Shown here: positions 1-9,025 of the stretch, piece after piece | Position numbering within the stretch: the first letter of the stretch is position 1 | Layout: each line of letters opens with the position of its first letter | Source of the DNA: Flavobacteriales bacterium | GTDB lineage: Bacteria > Bacteroidota > Bacteroidia > NS11-12g > UBA955 | Length of the DNA: 40,871 nt | Direction: 5' to 3' | Assembly: GCA_947459165.1 (NCBI GenBank) | Contig: CANHCW010000003.1 | Coordinates: 1-40,871, forward strand | Position numbers and translations under genes: made by a program | Notes under the pieces: model-generated | Database searches by the model: none | Told to the model about the DNA's origin: nothing | The model's input: only the letters and a program-made list of their open reading frames with translations

Positions 1-42
1 GGAGTTTTCAACACCAAACTTTCCTATGAACTGGACTTTTAG
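1..42 (+). CDS. 3' end of an upstream gene (partial), possibly an outer-membrane beta-barrel protein
   Basis: Frame 1 reads GVFNTKLSYELDF* (TAG at 40-42); alternating hydrophobic pattern ending in Phe resembles a beta-signal. Confidence 0.45.
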   Translation, partial: GVFNTKLSYELDF

Positions 43-243
43 TCCTTATTTCCTGAAACGCTATAAAAAATTCTTTCATTTCCCGGGTGTCGATGTTCAC
101 TGTTTTTATCTGCAATTTACAAGTTTGAAGCAAATGAAACGCAAATGTTTCCGAGGGCATTTGTTAATTGTGTTGAATATTTGTATGTTTGCAATGTATT
201 GTATAACAATGTTTATGGTTTTTAAAGTGTTAAATCTTTATTT

Positions 244-251
244 TAGCTTTG
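244..251 (+). promoter_or_regulatory. Bacteroidetes sigma-ABfr -7 element for fic
   Basis: TAGCTTTG matches TAnnTTTG, 26 nt upstream of the ATG; a second match TATGTTTG lies at 184-191. Confidence 0.55.
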
Positions 252-277
252 TTAAATGTGACTAACAAGAATATCAA

Positions 278-1441
278 ATGTCAGAGGCAAAATTTTCACA
301 TTACGATTTGAAGTTGATTGAGCCGACTTTTGGCTCAGCATTAACGGATTTGATCATTGAGTTGGATTATCTCCGTAAAAAAACGCTTGGGGGCTCCACG
401 CACGCAACAGTTTTTTTTCAGTTGAAGCATATCTTTCATACCCTGGAAAGCATTGGATCGGCAAGAATTGAAGGAAACAACACCACCATTGCCGAGTACA
501 TTGAAACCAAACTTACTGAAAGTCACATTGTGCCGCCAAGTATTAGGGAAATACAGAATATTGAAAGGGCAATGGAGTTTATTGAGGAGAATGCAAAAGA
601 CAGTCCAATCAATAGAGCCTTCTTAAGTGAGTTGCATAAAATGATTGTTGACGGATTGTTGCCTCCACCCAAAGGAGAAGGAGATGAAACACCCGGCGAA
701 TACCGAAGAATCAATTTGAAAATCAACAATTCAACACACAAACCACCTGATTGGTTAAAAGTGGATGATTACATGAAAGAGTTGCTGGATTTTGTAAACA
801 GGGTTGACAAACCTAAGTACGATTTACTCAAAGCCGCTATTGCCCATCATCGGTTTGTTTGGATTCACCCGTTTGGAAACGGCAATGGCAGAACAGTTCG
901 TTTGTTTACTTATGCCATGCTTGTTAAAACCGGATTTAATGTGAATGTTGGAAGGATCATAAACCCTTCGGCCATATTTTGCAGTAACAGAAATGATTAT
1001 TACACAAATTTGTCTGAAGCTGATATGGGCACAGAAAAGGGAATTTTGACTTGGGCTGAATATGTATTAAAAGGCCTTAAAGAAGAAATTGAGAAAATTG
1101 ACAAATTGACCGACTACAATTTTTTAAAAAAGGAAATACTGATTCCTACCATAAATTATTCTTTAGAACGGAAATATTTAACTGATATTGAGGCTAAGAT
1201 TTTAAAAAAAGCCATTGAAAGACAGGTAATACAAGCTGCTGATGTTAAAGAGTATTTTGGAGGCAAGGCCGATGCTGAAGTGTCAAGACAAATCAGAAAA
1301 CTCATTGATAAAAACATGCTGGTTCCGGAAAAGCAAGGCTCTCGGAAATACATTTTAAGATTTGATAACAGCTACCTTTTAAGAAGTGTGATCAGATCAT
1401 TGGATGAAAAAGGCTTCCTTCCTGTTCGTGATTTGGAATGA
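278..1441 (+). CDS. Fic family protein (class II AMP-transferase, probable C-terminal wHTH)
   Basis: Canonical Fic motif HPFGNGNGRTVR; N-terminal inhibitory motif SARIEG; visibly AT-richer than neighbours. Confidence 0.93.
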   Translation: MSEAKFSHYDLKLIEPTFGSALTDLIIELDYLRKKTLGGSTHATVFFQLKHIFHTLESIGSARIEGNNTTIAEYIETKLTESHIVPPSIREIQNIERAMEFIEENAKDSPINRAFLSELHKMIVDGLLPPPKGEGDETPGEYRRINLKINNSTHKPPDWLKVDDYMKELLDFVNRVDKPKYDLLKAAIAHHRFVWIHPFGNGNGRTVRLFTYAMLVKTGFNVNVGRIINPSAIFCSNRNDYYTNLSEADMGTEKGILTWAEYVLKGLKEEIEKIDKLTDYNFLKKEILIPTINYSLERKYLTDIEAKILKKAIERQVIQAADVKEYFGGKADAEVSRQIRKLIDKNMLVPEKQGSRKYILRFDNSYLLRSVIRSLDEKGFLPVRDLE

Positions 1442-1482
1442 TGCTTCCAATATCTTCAGACTTGTGTCTTTTCAGGCATCTC

Positions 1483-2112
1483 TCAATGCACCCTGTCTCC
1501 CCTGTACTCCAGACCCGCTATAATCTTGGCTTCGCCGTCTAATATTTCCTGCCAGCGGGATTTTACATAATCTTCGGGCATGTATTCTTTGGCTAAATCG
1601 AGAAACATGCGGTAGTGTCCGGCCTCGGAAACCATAAATTCGTGGTAAAATTCGCGCAGTTCAGCATCGCTGCAATACAAACTAAGCAAACGAAACCGTT
1701 CGCAGCTGCGGGCTTCTATCATGCCGCACAAAAGCAGTTCTTCCACGAGTTGGGCATCGCGGCTGCCTCCTTTTTTCTTCAAATTGGTCAGTTCCGCCAC
1801 ATAATCATCGCGGCGTTTGTGGCTGAGTTGAAAACCTCGTTTGGCCATTTCTTTCAGCACTTTTCTAAAATGTCCCCATTCTTCAGCCACCAAAGGGGTT
1901 ACCTCTGCCACCAGTTTTTCCTTTTCGGGGTATTTTACAATTAAACTGATGCCGCTGCTTGCTGCCTTCTGCTCGCAAAAAGCATGATCGATGAGGATTT
2001 CTCCCAGCGATTTCTCGGCAATGTTCACCCAACGCGGATCTGTTGGCAATTTCAGACCCAGCATCTTCACCGAGCCCGCCGTTTCGGCGTATTCCGGTGC
2101 AGATTGTATCAT
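1483..2112 (-). CDS. miaE: tRNA-(ms2io6A)-hydroxylase MiaE-like, ferritin-like diiron protein
   Basis: DHAFCEQKAA, EEWGH, IEARSCERF, SEAGHY motifs; ATGA overlap with rpiB stop; alternative start at 2064 (MLGLKLPTDP). Confidence 0.85.
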   Translation of the reverse strand: MIQSAPEYAETAGSVKMLGLKLPTDPRWVNIAEKSLGEILIDHAFCEQKAASSGISLIVKYPEKEKLVAEVTPLVAEEWGHFRKVLKEMAKRGFQLSHKRRDDYVAELTNLKKKGGSRDAQLVEELLLCGMIEARSCERFRLLSLYCSDAELREFYHEFMVSEAGHYRMFLDLAKEYMPEDYVKSRWQEILDGEAKIIAGLEYRGDRVH

Positions 2113-2543
2113 ACTCCCTGTTCTATCTTGTTTACACGATTTTCGTGCCGACCTCCCTCAAATTGGGCATCCAGCCAGGCATCCACAATTTTAAACGCTT
2201 TGCTTTTGCTTATAAAGCGGGCCGGTAAACACAACACATTGGCATTGTTATGTTGGCGCGCTAAAGAAGCTATTTCCTCCTCCCAGGCCAACGCTGCGCG
2301 AACGCCCTTGTGCTTGTTGGCGGTAATACAAACGCCATTTCCGCTGCCGCAAATGAGAATTCCCAGCTCGTTTTCGCCACCGCTTACACTCTCAGCCACC
2401 TTGTGGGCAAAATCGGGATAGTCAACGCTGTCGGCCGAATCGGGGCCGAAATCCTGGAGTTCAGCACTCTTTTCAAGCAAGTAAACAATCATTTCATTTT
2501 TGAGTTTAAAACCCGCGTGATCAGAACCGATGGCAATATTCAT
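2109..2543 (-). CDS. rpiB: Ribose-5-phosphate isomerase B
   Basis: GSDHAG, DYPD, ICGSGNG, HNNANVL, FEGGRH motifs. Confidence 0.96.
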   Translation of the reverse strand: MNIAIGSDHAGFKLKNEMIVYLLEKSAELQDFGPDSADSVDYPDFAHKVAESVSGGENELGILICGSGNGVCITANKHKGVRAALAWEEEIASLARQHNNANVLCLPARFISKSKAFKIVDAWLDAQFEGGRHENRVNKIEQGV

Positions 2544-2619
2544 ATTTTTAATTGCCCAAAATTAAATCCGGCTTCGCAATTCTATTAATGACTTGATGAA
2601 TTGTGGAAAAAAGCCAGTA

Positions 2620-3471
2620 TTACTCTTCGCCAACCAGCTCCTCTACCGCCTTGCGACTTTCCACCCGGCGTGCAATGAAAATACTGAGTATGTACAACAG
2701 AATGAGAGGGAATGCGAGTAAAAACTGACTGAAAATATCGGGGGATGGAGTGGCCACAGCAGCAATAATAAAAATAACCACCAATGCAATTCTCCACCGT
2801 TTAATGAGTGCGGAGGAGGTTATCATGCCCAATCTGGCCAGAATAAAAATCAACACGGGCATTTCGAAAACCAGTCCGGTGGCCAGCGACATGAAAGTCA
2901 CAAAACCCGTAACACTGGTAATGGTAATCACATTGCGTATTTTATTACTTAAACTATAGGAAAGCAGGAAATTACTGGCTATGGGTACAAGAAAATAATA
3001 TGAAAATAAAACCCCCGCGAAAAATAATAGCGACACAACACCCAAGCTTCTTCGGGTTTTATTGATCTCTTTTGCACTCAAAGCAGGCTTAATAAACAAC
3101 CAGATTTGGTTAACGATGTATGGGAATGTAACAACGATACTCAGGATAAATGAAATTTTAAAGGCCGCTACAAACTGCCCCTGAATTTGCTGGCTTTGCA
3201 TATCCAAAGCAGGAGGGTTCCAACAAGTGATGTCTGTACCCGTAAAATACCTACCCATTTTACAGAAAAACTTATACCCCCAGAAATTCGGCTTGTAAGG
3301 GGCTAAAATGATGTTTTCAAAAATGTAGGGAACATAAAAAAAACCCGCAATCATCACCACCAAAATCATCAGGGAAATCCTCACAAGGCGTTTTCGCAGT
3401 TCATCTATGTGATCGAAAAACCCCATATTTTTCTCGTAAGGATAATCAGGGCCTGTTTGGTCTAATGCCAT
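2620..3471 (-). CDS. tatC: Twin-arginine translocase subunit TatC
   Basis: MGFFDHIDELRKRL, QIWLFIKPAL, FEMPV, TPSPD; multiple TM helices; TATCTTTG -7 element at 3479-3486 on the minus strand. Confidence 0.95.
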   Translation of the reverse strand: MALDQTGPDYPYEKNMGFFDHIDELRKRLVRISLMILVVMIAGFFYVPYIFENIILAPYKPNFWGYKFFCKMGRYFTGTDITCWNPPALDMQSQQIQGQFVAAFKISFILSIVVTFPYIVNQIWLFIKPALSAKEINKTRRSLGVVSLLFFAGVLFSYYFLVPIASNFLLSYSLSNKIRNVITITSVTGFVTFMSLATGLVFEMPVLIFILARLGMITSSALIKRWRIALVVIFIIAAVATPSPDIFSQFLLAFPLILLYILSIFIARRVESRKAVEELVGEE

Positions 3472-3532
3472 CTGAGTGCAAAGATAAAATGAAGAGAAGC
3501 TTATTTAACCCGTATGGTTGAAAAAGAAAAGC

Positions 3533-4279
3533 TTACTGCATTACCATACCACCGCAAACATTGATAGTTTGCCCTGTGATGTAGGTGCTGAGATCGGAGG
3601 CCAAAAACAGGCAGGCATTGGCCACATCGTCGGTGGTTCCTCCCCGCTTCAATGGAATGGTGTCAATCCATCCCTTTTTTACATCTTCATTCAGGGCCTC
3701 GGTCATTTCAGTTTCAATAAATCCGGGAGCAATGGCGTTGCAGCGAACACTGCGGCTGCCCAATTCCTTGGCTACCGATTTGGTAAAGCCGATCATGCCT
3801 GCTTTCGATGCTGCGTAGTTGGCCTGCCCGGCATTTCCGGTCAATCCCACAATGCTGGTCATGTTAATAATACTGCCTGCCCTGTTGCCTAAGAAATGTT
3901 TCAAAAATGCCTTGGTGAGGTTAAAGGCGCTTTTCAGGTTGGTGTTCATCACATCGTCCCACTGTTCCTCGGTCATTCTCATCAACAATGTATCGCGGGT
4001 AATTCCGGCATTGTTTATCAAAATATCCACCTTGCCAAAATCGGCAATGACTGCATTCGCCAATTCTTCCGATGCTTTAAAATCGGCGGCATTGCTTTGA
4101 TAACCCTTCACCTTCACGCCATATTTTTCATTCAATTCCGTTTCAAAAGCCCTTGCCTTTTCAACCGACGAGGCGAAGGTGAACGCCACATTGCAACCAT
4201 TTTTGGCAAATACTTCGGCAATGCCCTTGCCAATTCCACGAGATGCGCCCGTAATCAGCGCTGTTTTTCCTGAAAGCAT
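3533..4279 (-). CDS. fabG: 3-oxoacyl-ACP reductase
   Basis: TGASRGIG, NNAGITRD, YAASK, IAPGFI SDR motifs. Confidence 0.95.
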   Translation of the reverse strand: MLSGKTALITGASRGIGKGIAEVFAKNGCNVAFTFASSVEKARAFETELNEKYGVKVKGYQSNAADFKASEELANAVIADFGKVDILINNAGITRDTLLMRMTEEQWDDVMNTNLKSAFNLTKAFLKHFLGNRAGSIINMTSIVGLTGNAGQANYAASKAGMIGFTKSVAKELGSRSVRCNAIAPGFIETEMTEALNEDVKKGWIDTIPLKRGGTTDDVANACLFLASDLSTYITGQTINVCGGMVMQ

Positions 4280-4381
4280 GGGGCGAAGATAAACAATACG
4301 AATTAATGACTGATGGCAAAGTACGCTTCAGCTTGCCCACAGCCGCTTGTGCTTCGAATTGCATGCCTTAAATTCGCAGTC

Positions 4382-6475
4382 ATGCCCGGTTTTCTCGATA
4401 CCCCCGTTGAGTTCCTCAAAGGCGTAGGACCGCAAAGGGCCGACGCACTGAAAACCGAACTGGGCATTCAAAGCATTGGCGATTTGCTCATGCATTATCC
4501 GGCAAGGCACGAAGACCGTTCCCGCATTTATAAAATTGCCGAATTAGGCAAAGCCGATGCGGGTGTTCAAGTTTCAGGTGTCATTACCCATATCGATTTA
4601 ATTGGCGCGGGGCCCGGAAGGCGCTTTGTGGCCAATATCAAAGACGAAACAGGCAATTTACAACTGGTTTGGTTTCAGGGAATTCCCTGGGTGGCCAAAT
4701 CCGTTAAACCCGGAGACCGCTATCTGGCCTTTGGTCGTTTAAACGACTACAAAGGCCGAATCAGCATGGCTCATCCTGAGTTGGAAAGCAACGCACAGGC
4801 AATCGCACCCAAGGGCTTGGTTCCAGTTTATCCGCTTACCGATGGCATGCGCCGCAAAAAGCTGGAAAACCGCTTCATGGTTCAAATGGTTCAAACCATT
4901 TTCAACGATCCCCGCTTCGATGTTCCCGAAAACCTGCCCCCTGCCCTACTCAAAGAATTTCAGCTTTTAGACAGAAAAACAGCCCTCAGGCAATTGCATT
5001 CGCCCTCCGATTTAAAAAGTCTGGAAAAAGCCCAGCACCGCCTCAAATTCGAGGAATTGTTTTATCTGCAACTCCGTCATCTTCAGTTAAAAACAAACCG
5101 CAACCGCACCATAAAAGGCCTGGTTTTTAGTGAAGTAGGAGATCATTTCAATACATTTTATAAGGAATTCCTGCCCTTTGAACTCACAGATGCACAAAAG
5201 AATGTCCTGCGCGAAATAAGGGCAGACATGCGCACCGGACGACAAATGAACAGGCTGTTGCAAGGCGATGTAGGCAGCGGCAAAACCATTGTGGCGCTGC
5301 TGAGTATGCTGCTGGCGGTTGATAATGGATATCAGGCCTGCGTTATGGCTCCTACCGAAATTCTGGCGGCACAGCATCACCTTAGCCTTAGCGAAATGCT
5401 TGAAGGCATGAACATTAAACCGGTGCTGCTTACAGGCAGCACCACAAAAAAAACAAGGAAAGCCATTCTCGAAAACCTAAAAAGTGGCGAAATTCCATTT
5501 CTCATTGGAACGCACGCCCTCATTGAACAGGATGTGGAGTTCAAGAATCTGGGCCTCGTAGTGATTGATGAACAGCACCGTTTCGGGGTGGCGCAAAGAG
5601 CTCGGTTGGCTTCAAAATCATCCACGCCTCCCCACATTCTGGTGATGACAGCAACACCCATTCCCCGCACACTGGCCATGACCGTTTACGGCGATTTGGA
5701 TGTTAGTGTGATTGATCGTTTGCCCGGAGGCAGAAAACCCATAATTACCGCTGCACGACACCATAGTACCCGCCCTTTGATAATGGATTTTCTGAAAAAG
5801 GAAATTGCAGCAGGACGGCAGGTTTACTATGTATTTCCACTCATCGAAGACAGTGACAAACTGGAGTTGCAAAGTCTTATGTCGGGTTACGACATGGTAA
5901 CAGAATTTCTTCCCACACCTGATTTTAAATACAGCATTGTGCATGGCCGCCTCAAACCCGATGAAAAGGAGAACGAAATGCACAAATTCCGCAATGGCTT
6001 AACCGATATAATGATTGCCACAACCGTGATTGAAGTGGGAGTGAATGTTCCCAATGCCACAGTGATGGTGATTGAAAATGCAGAAAGATTCGGGTTGGCA
6101 CAACTGCATCAGTTGCGCGGCAGGGTTGGGCGCGGCGGCAACCAAAGTTATTGTGTGCTGGTAGCAGGAGGCAAACTCAGCGAAAATGGGAAAAAACGCC
6201 TGGATACGATGGTGAGAACAACAGACGGGTTTGAAATCAGCAAGGTAGATTTGGAACTTCGCGGCCCGGGCGAAATGGATGGAACCCGTCAAAGCGGACT
6301 GCTGGAATTGAAACTGGCCGATATTCGATACGATGAAAACCTGCTTGTGCTGGCCCGCAACAAAGCCGAAGATTTACTGAACGACGATCCCCTGCTTATG
6401 AAACCTGAACATTTCGGGGTCCGGCAGGAATTGGCTAAAACCCCGCACAGAACGGTGTGGAGTAAAATTGCCTGA
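4382..6475 (+). CDS. recG: ATP-dependent DNA helicase RecG
   Basis: LKGVGP, GDVGSGKT, DEQHRFGV, MTATPIPRT, QLRGRVGRG; start placed at ATG 4382 after TAAATTCG (ORF track opens at 4313). Confidence 0.96.
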   Translation: MPGFLDTPVEFLKGVGPQRADALKTELGIQSIGDLLMHYPARHEDRSRIYKIAELGKADAGVQVSGVITHIDLIGAGPGRRFVANIKDETGNLQLVWFQGIPWVAKSVKPGDRYLAFGRLNDYKGRISMAHPELESNAQAIAPKGLVPVYPLTDGMRRKKLENRFMVQMVQTIFNDPRFDVPENLPPALLKEFQLLDRKTALRQLHSPSDLKSLEKAQHRLKFEELFYLQLRHLQLKTNRNRTIKGLVFSEVGDHFNTFYKEFLPFELTDAQKNVLREIRADMRTGRQMNRLLQGDVGSGKTIVALLSMLLAVDNGYQACVMAPTEILAAQHHLSLSEMLEGMNIKPVLLTGSTTKKTRKAILENLKSGEIPFLIGTHALIEQDVEFKNLGLVVIDEQHRFGVAQRARLASKSSTPPHILVMTATPIPRTLAMTVYGDLDVSVIDRLPGGRKPIITAARHHSTRPLIMDFLKKEIAAGRQVYYVFPLIEDSDKLELQSLMSGYDMVTEFLPTPDFKYSIVHGRLKPDEKENEMHKFRNGLTDIMIATTVIEVGVNVPNATVMVIENAERFGLAQLHQLRGRVGRGGNQSYCVLVAGGKLSENGKKRLDTMVRTTDGFEISKVDLELRGPGEMDGTRQSGLLELKLADIRYDENLLVLARNKAEDLLNDDPLLMKPEHFGVRQELAKTPHRTVWSKIA

Positions 6476-6599
6476 AGAATTATTTGATCTGATCGGTTCA
6501 GTTCAAAAATGTAAATGTTGCTATTTTATCTAAATTTTTACCTAATTATGTCGATACTTTGCGAAATTTTATATTATTGCACCTCAATATCTACAAGTT

Positions 6600-7517
6600 A
6601 TGTCAAAAGCACTTATTCTAAGCGGGGGCTCCATAAAGGGCGCATGGCAAGCCGGTGCTGTGAAGGCTATATTCGACAAGGGGCTAACTTTCGATGCCAT
6701 TCATGGCGTAAGCGTGGGCAGTTTGAACGGAAGTTTTATTTGCCAGGAGGCGGCAAAACAAAATCTGCCGCTTGAAACACTTGACTGGGGTCAACTGGGA
6801 GCCGCACTTGTGCAGTTCTGGAAAAACAACATCAAAGAGCCGAATAACATTGCTAAAGAGAGAAAATGGCATCAAACACTGATTTCGGTTTTGCGAAACA
6901 GATACAACGGCCTGGTTGATACCACACCCTTGCAGGAACTTGTTAAGCGCACCATCAATCCGGCCGTATTACAGCAATCACCCATCAAACTGACTGTAGG
7001 TGCAGTTAATTTGGCTAGCGGCAACAACGAGTTTCCCGGCCCGGGCGACCCCAATTTCATTGATTACCTGATTGCAAGCACAGCCATACCCATTATTATG
7101 CCGGTTCAATACATTGCAGGCAATAAAAACAGAGCCTACTTAGACGGAGGAATCCGGGATGTAGCTCCTATCGGAAAAGCTATAGATGCAGGCGCCGACG
7201 ACATTGTATGTGTGTTATGTCAAAGTCGCGAAACCACATCCAATTTCGATCCAGGAAATTTGATGAGTCTGGCCGACCGAGTGATGGAAATTGTGGTGAA
7301 CGAAATTGTAAACAACGATATCCAACGGGCACAGGAAATAAACAAGCAACTGGCTGCAGGTGGCAACATGGTAGGTAAAAAAGAGGTGAAAATTACGGTT
7401 ATCCGACCCAGACAACCTATCGGGCTGGATCTTTCCAATTTCAACTCAGGCCAAATTGAAGATACGATCAATTCCGGATACGATACGGCCAATTCCATAT
7501 TAGATGAGCAGTCATGA
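6600..7517 (+). CDS. Patatin-like phospholipase
   Basis: Gly-rich LSGGSIKG, nucleophile elbow GVSVG, ASTAIP, catalytic DGG; no signal peptide. Confidence 0.92.
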   Translation: MSKALILSGGSIKGAWQAGAVKAIFDKGLTFDAIHGVSVGSLNGSFICQEAAKQNLPLETLDWGQLGAALVQFWKNNIKEPNNIAKERKWHQTLISVLRNRYNGLVDTTPLQELVKRTINPAVLQQSPIKLTVGAVNLASGNNEFPGPGDPNFIDYLIASTAIPIIMPVQYIAGNKNRAYLDGGIRDVAPIGKAIDAGADDIVCVLCQSRETTSNFDPGNLMSLADRVMEIVVNEIVNNDIQRAQEINKQLAAGGNMVGKKEVKITVIRPRQPIGLDLSNFNSGQIEDTINSGYDTANSILDEQS

Positions 7518-8212
7518 GTAAAGACATAGATAAAAGAACCTACCGCAGAATCAGAACTGCCATCGGAATCATTGGCTTTATTCTTCCCCTGTCTCTTATC
7601 ATTGGTACTGAGGTTGCCTTTTTTCAAACAGACAAAAAGCCCTCAATCAGCCATTATTATTACTCCAATTTCCGCGAAATATTCACGGGATCTTTGTGCG
7701 CTGTTGGTCTGTTCATGCTGCTTTACAGGGGTTATGGCAATGCCAAATGGTGGAAAAACGACAAATTGCTTACCAACATTGCCGGATTAATGGCTTTCAT
7801 CGTGGCGTTTATACCCACAGAACCTAAAAGTGGAGACACACATTTGTACAGCTTAATTCCCAACTACCACCAAAATATGAACTGGATTCACCTAGGCAGT
7901 GCCTCCATTTTGTTCATCTCCTTTTCAATACTCTCTATTTTTGCTTTTACCGAAGGTTCCAAAATGGAAACTTCACCCGGAATGCTTCACGAAAATAAGA
8001 TTTACCGTTTTTGCGGTTTGGGCATAGTAGCAAGCATTCTGGTAATCTTTATTTTTATGAAAAATAATCGTTTGGAAAAAATGGTGCCGCATATGACTTT
8101 GTATATGGAAACTCTGGCCCTGTTTTTCTTCGCTACTTCGTGGCTGATTAAAGGAAGAGGCTTGGGAGACAAAGGGAAACTGGGCAGAATGATTTATTCC
8201 GAAAACAATTAA
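7514..8212 (+). CDS. Uncharacterised multi-pass membrane protein (~6 TM; DUF998/Frag1-DRAM-like fold suspected)
   Basis: About six hydrophobic segments, SISHYYYS loop motif after TM1, intramembrane His (WIHL) and Glu (YMETL); ATGA overlap with patatin stop. Family call is a recollection, not a search result. Confidence 0.7.
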   Translation: MSKDIDKRTYRRIRTAIGIIGFILPLSLIIGTEVAFFQTDKKPSISHYYYSNFREIFTGSLCAVGLFMLLYRGYGNAKWWKNDKLLTNIAGLMAFIVAFIPTEPKSGDTHLYSLIPNYHQNMNWIHLGSASILFISFSILSIFAFTEGSKMETSPGMLHENKIYRFCGLGIVASILVIFIFMKNNRLEKMVPHMTLYMETLALFFFATSWLIKGRGLGDKGKLGRMIYSENN

Positions 8213-8216
8213 ATAA

Positions 8217-8675
8217 ATGGAATGGCTGAATAGTATACGAGACCTGGCAGACATCATTGCGCGATTAACCGATTACAGCCGGGGGAACAAGGCAGTTCGG
8301 GCTCAACTGGTTAGAGAGTTAAAAATAAACCTGAAGGCATTTGAAGTGCAGCGAAGAAGGGCCAACACAGACTACGATCTGCTCTTAAACCAACTTTCAA
8401 ATAAGGTGATTCGCAAACAGTTTGATAGTGGCTACAGTTTTAGCCGGGTAAAAAACGGAACCATACAAGCCTACCATATTCACGACTTAAGGAATAGAAA
8501 ATACATTGGTAGAGACTGCAGGTGGATGTTTGAACATATTGATTTAAAGATTGTAGAGCTGCATCTTATGCGTGAATCGTTGGGCAGCTTAAACCATATT
8601 CAAGGGGTAAACATGGCTTTACAGTTTTCAAATCTCTACCACCGTATTCGCGTGCTTGCTGACTTTATTTGTTGA
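8217..8675 (+). CDS. Hypothetical protein (basic, predicted helical)
   Basis: 152-aa ORF starting 4 nt after the TM gene stop, same strand; no recognisable motif. Confidence 0.7.
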   Translation: MEWLNSIRDLADIIARLTDYSRGNKAVRAQLVRELKINLKAFEVQRRRANTDYDLLLNQLSNKVIRKQFDSGYSFSRVKNGTIQAYHIHDLRNRKYIGRDCRWMFEHIDLKIVELHLMRESLGSLNHIQGVNMALQFSNLYHRIRVLADFIC

Positions 8676-8805
8676 TGTAAGGCAGATATTTCCGGGTTTC
8701 AATCCAGTCTGTTTTACTCATTTGCGGCTGTAATTCTTAGACGATCAAACCGGCTTTTTCATCGATACATTTGAATAAGGTATTTTCTCTTTAAAAAACA
8801 TAATA

Positions 8806-8813
8806 TACCTTCG
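8806..8813 (+). promoter_or_regulatory. -7 promoter element for the riboswitch-containing transcript
   Basis: TACCTTCG, identical to the element upstream of the 33.3-kb ATPase; implies a TSS near 8818, exactly where P1 starts. Confidence 0.55.
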
Positions 8814-8817
8814 AACC

Positions 8818-8912
8818 ATCATCAAGATTACGCCAAGTGCGCCAACCGAGTTCGACTTACCACGGTGGCAAAATGATGAGGACAAATCCGTCAAAACCCA
8901 AATACAAAGTCG
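8818..8912 (+). ncRNA. SAM-I/IV-like riboswitch aptamer (variant)
   Basis: P1 UCAUC(8819-23)/GAUGA(8875-79); J1/2 AAGA; P3 GCC-AA-CCG(8841-48)/CGG-U-GGC(8863-69); P5 GGA-CAAA-UCC(8880-89); pseudoknot CGACUU(8853-58)/AAGUCG(8907-12). Confidence 0.7.
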
Positions 8913-8951
8913 TGATTTTGATTTGATACAATGATTGTAATTTTTGACATG

Positions 8952-9003
8952 ACGGCATTCGACTTAGTCGCCATAAAAAGGGATTGAAGTCGATTGCCGT
9001 TTT
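8952..9003 (+). terminator. Terminator-like hairpin of the riboswitch expression platform
   Basis: ACGGCATTCGACTT (8952-65) pairs 13/14 with AAGTCGATTGCCGT (8987-9000), followed by a short T run. Confidence 0.55.
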
Positions 9004-9025
9004 ATCCCTAATTTCACGGCTGTAA

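Noticed and set aside
26-265. 79-aa ORF upstream of fic
   Set aside because: Low-complexity F/C/L-rich translation of AT-rich promoter DNA that overlaps the upstream gene end.
6600-8675. CBASS system
   Set aside because: No CD-NTase, Cap2/Cap3 or other recognisable CBASS gene next to the patatin.
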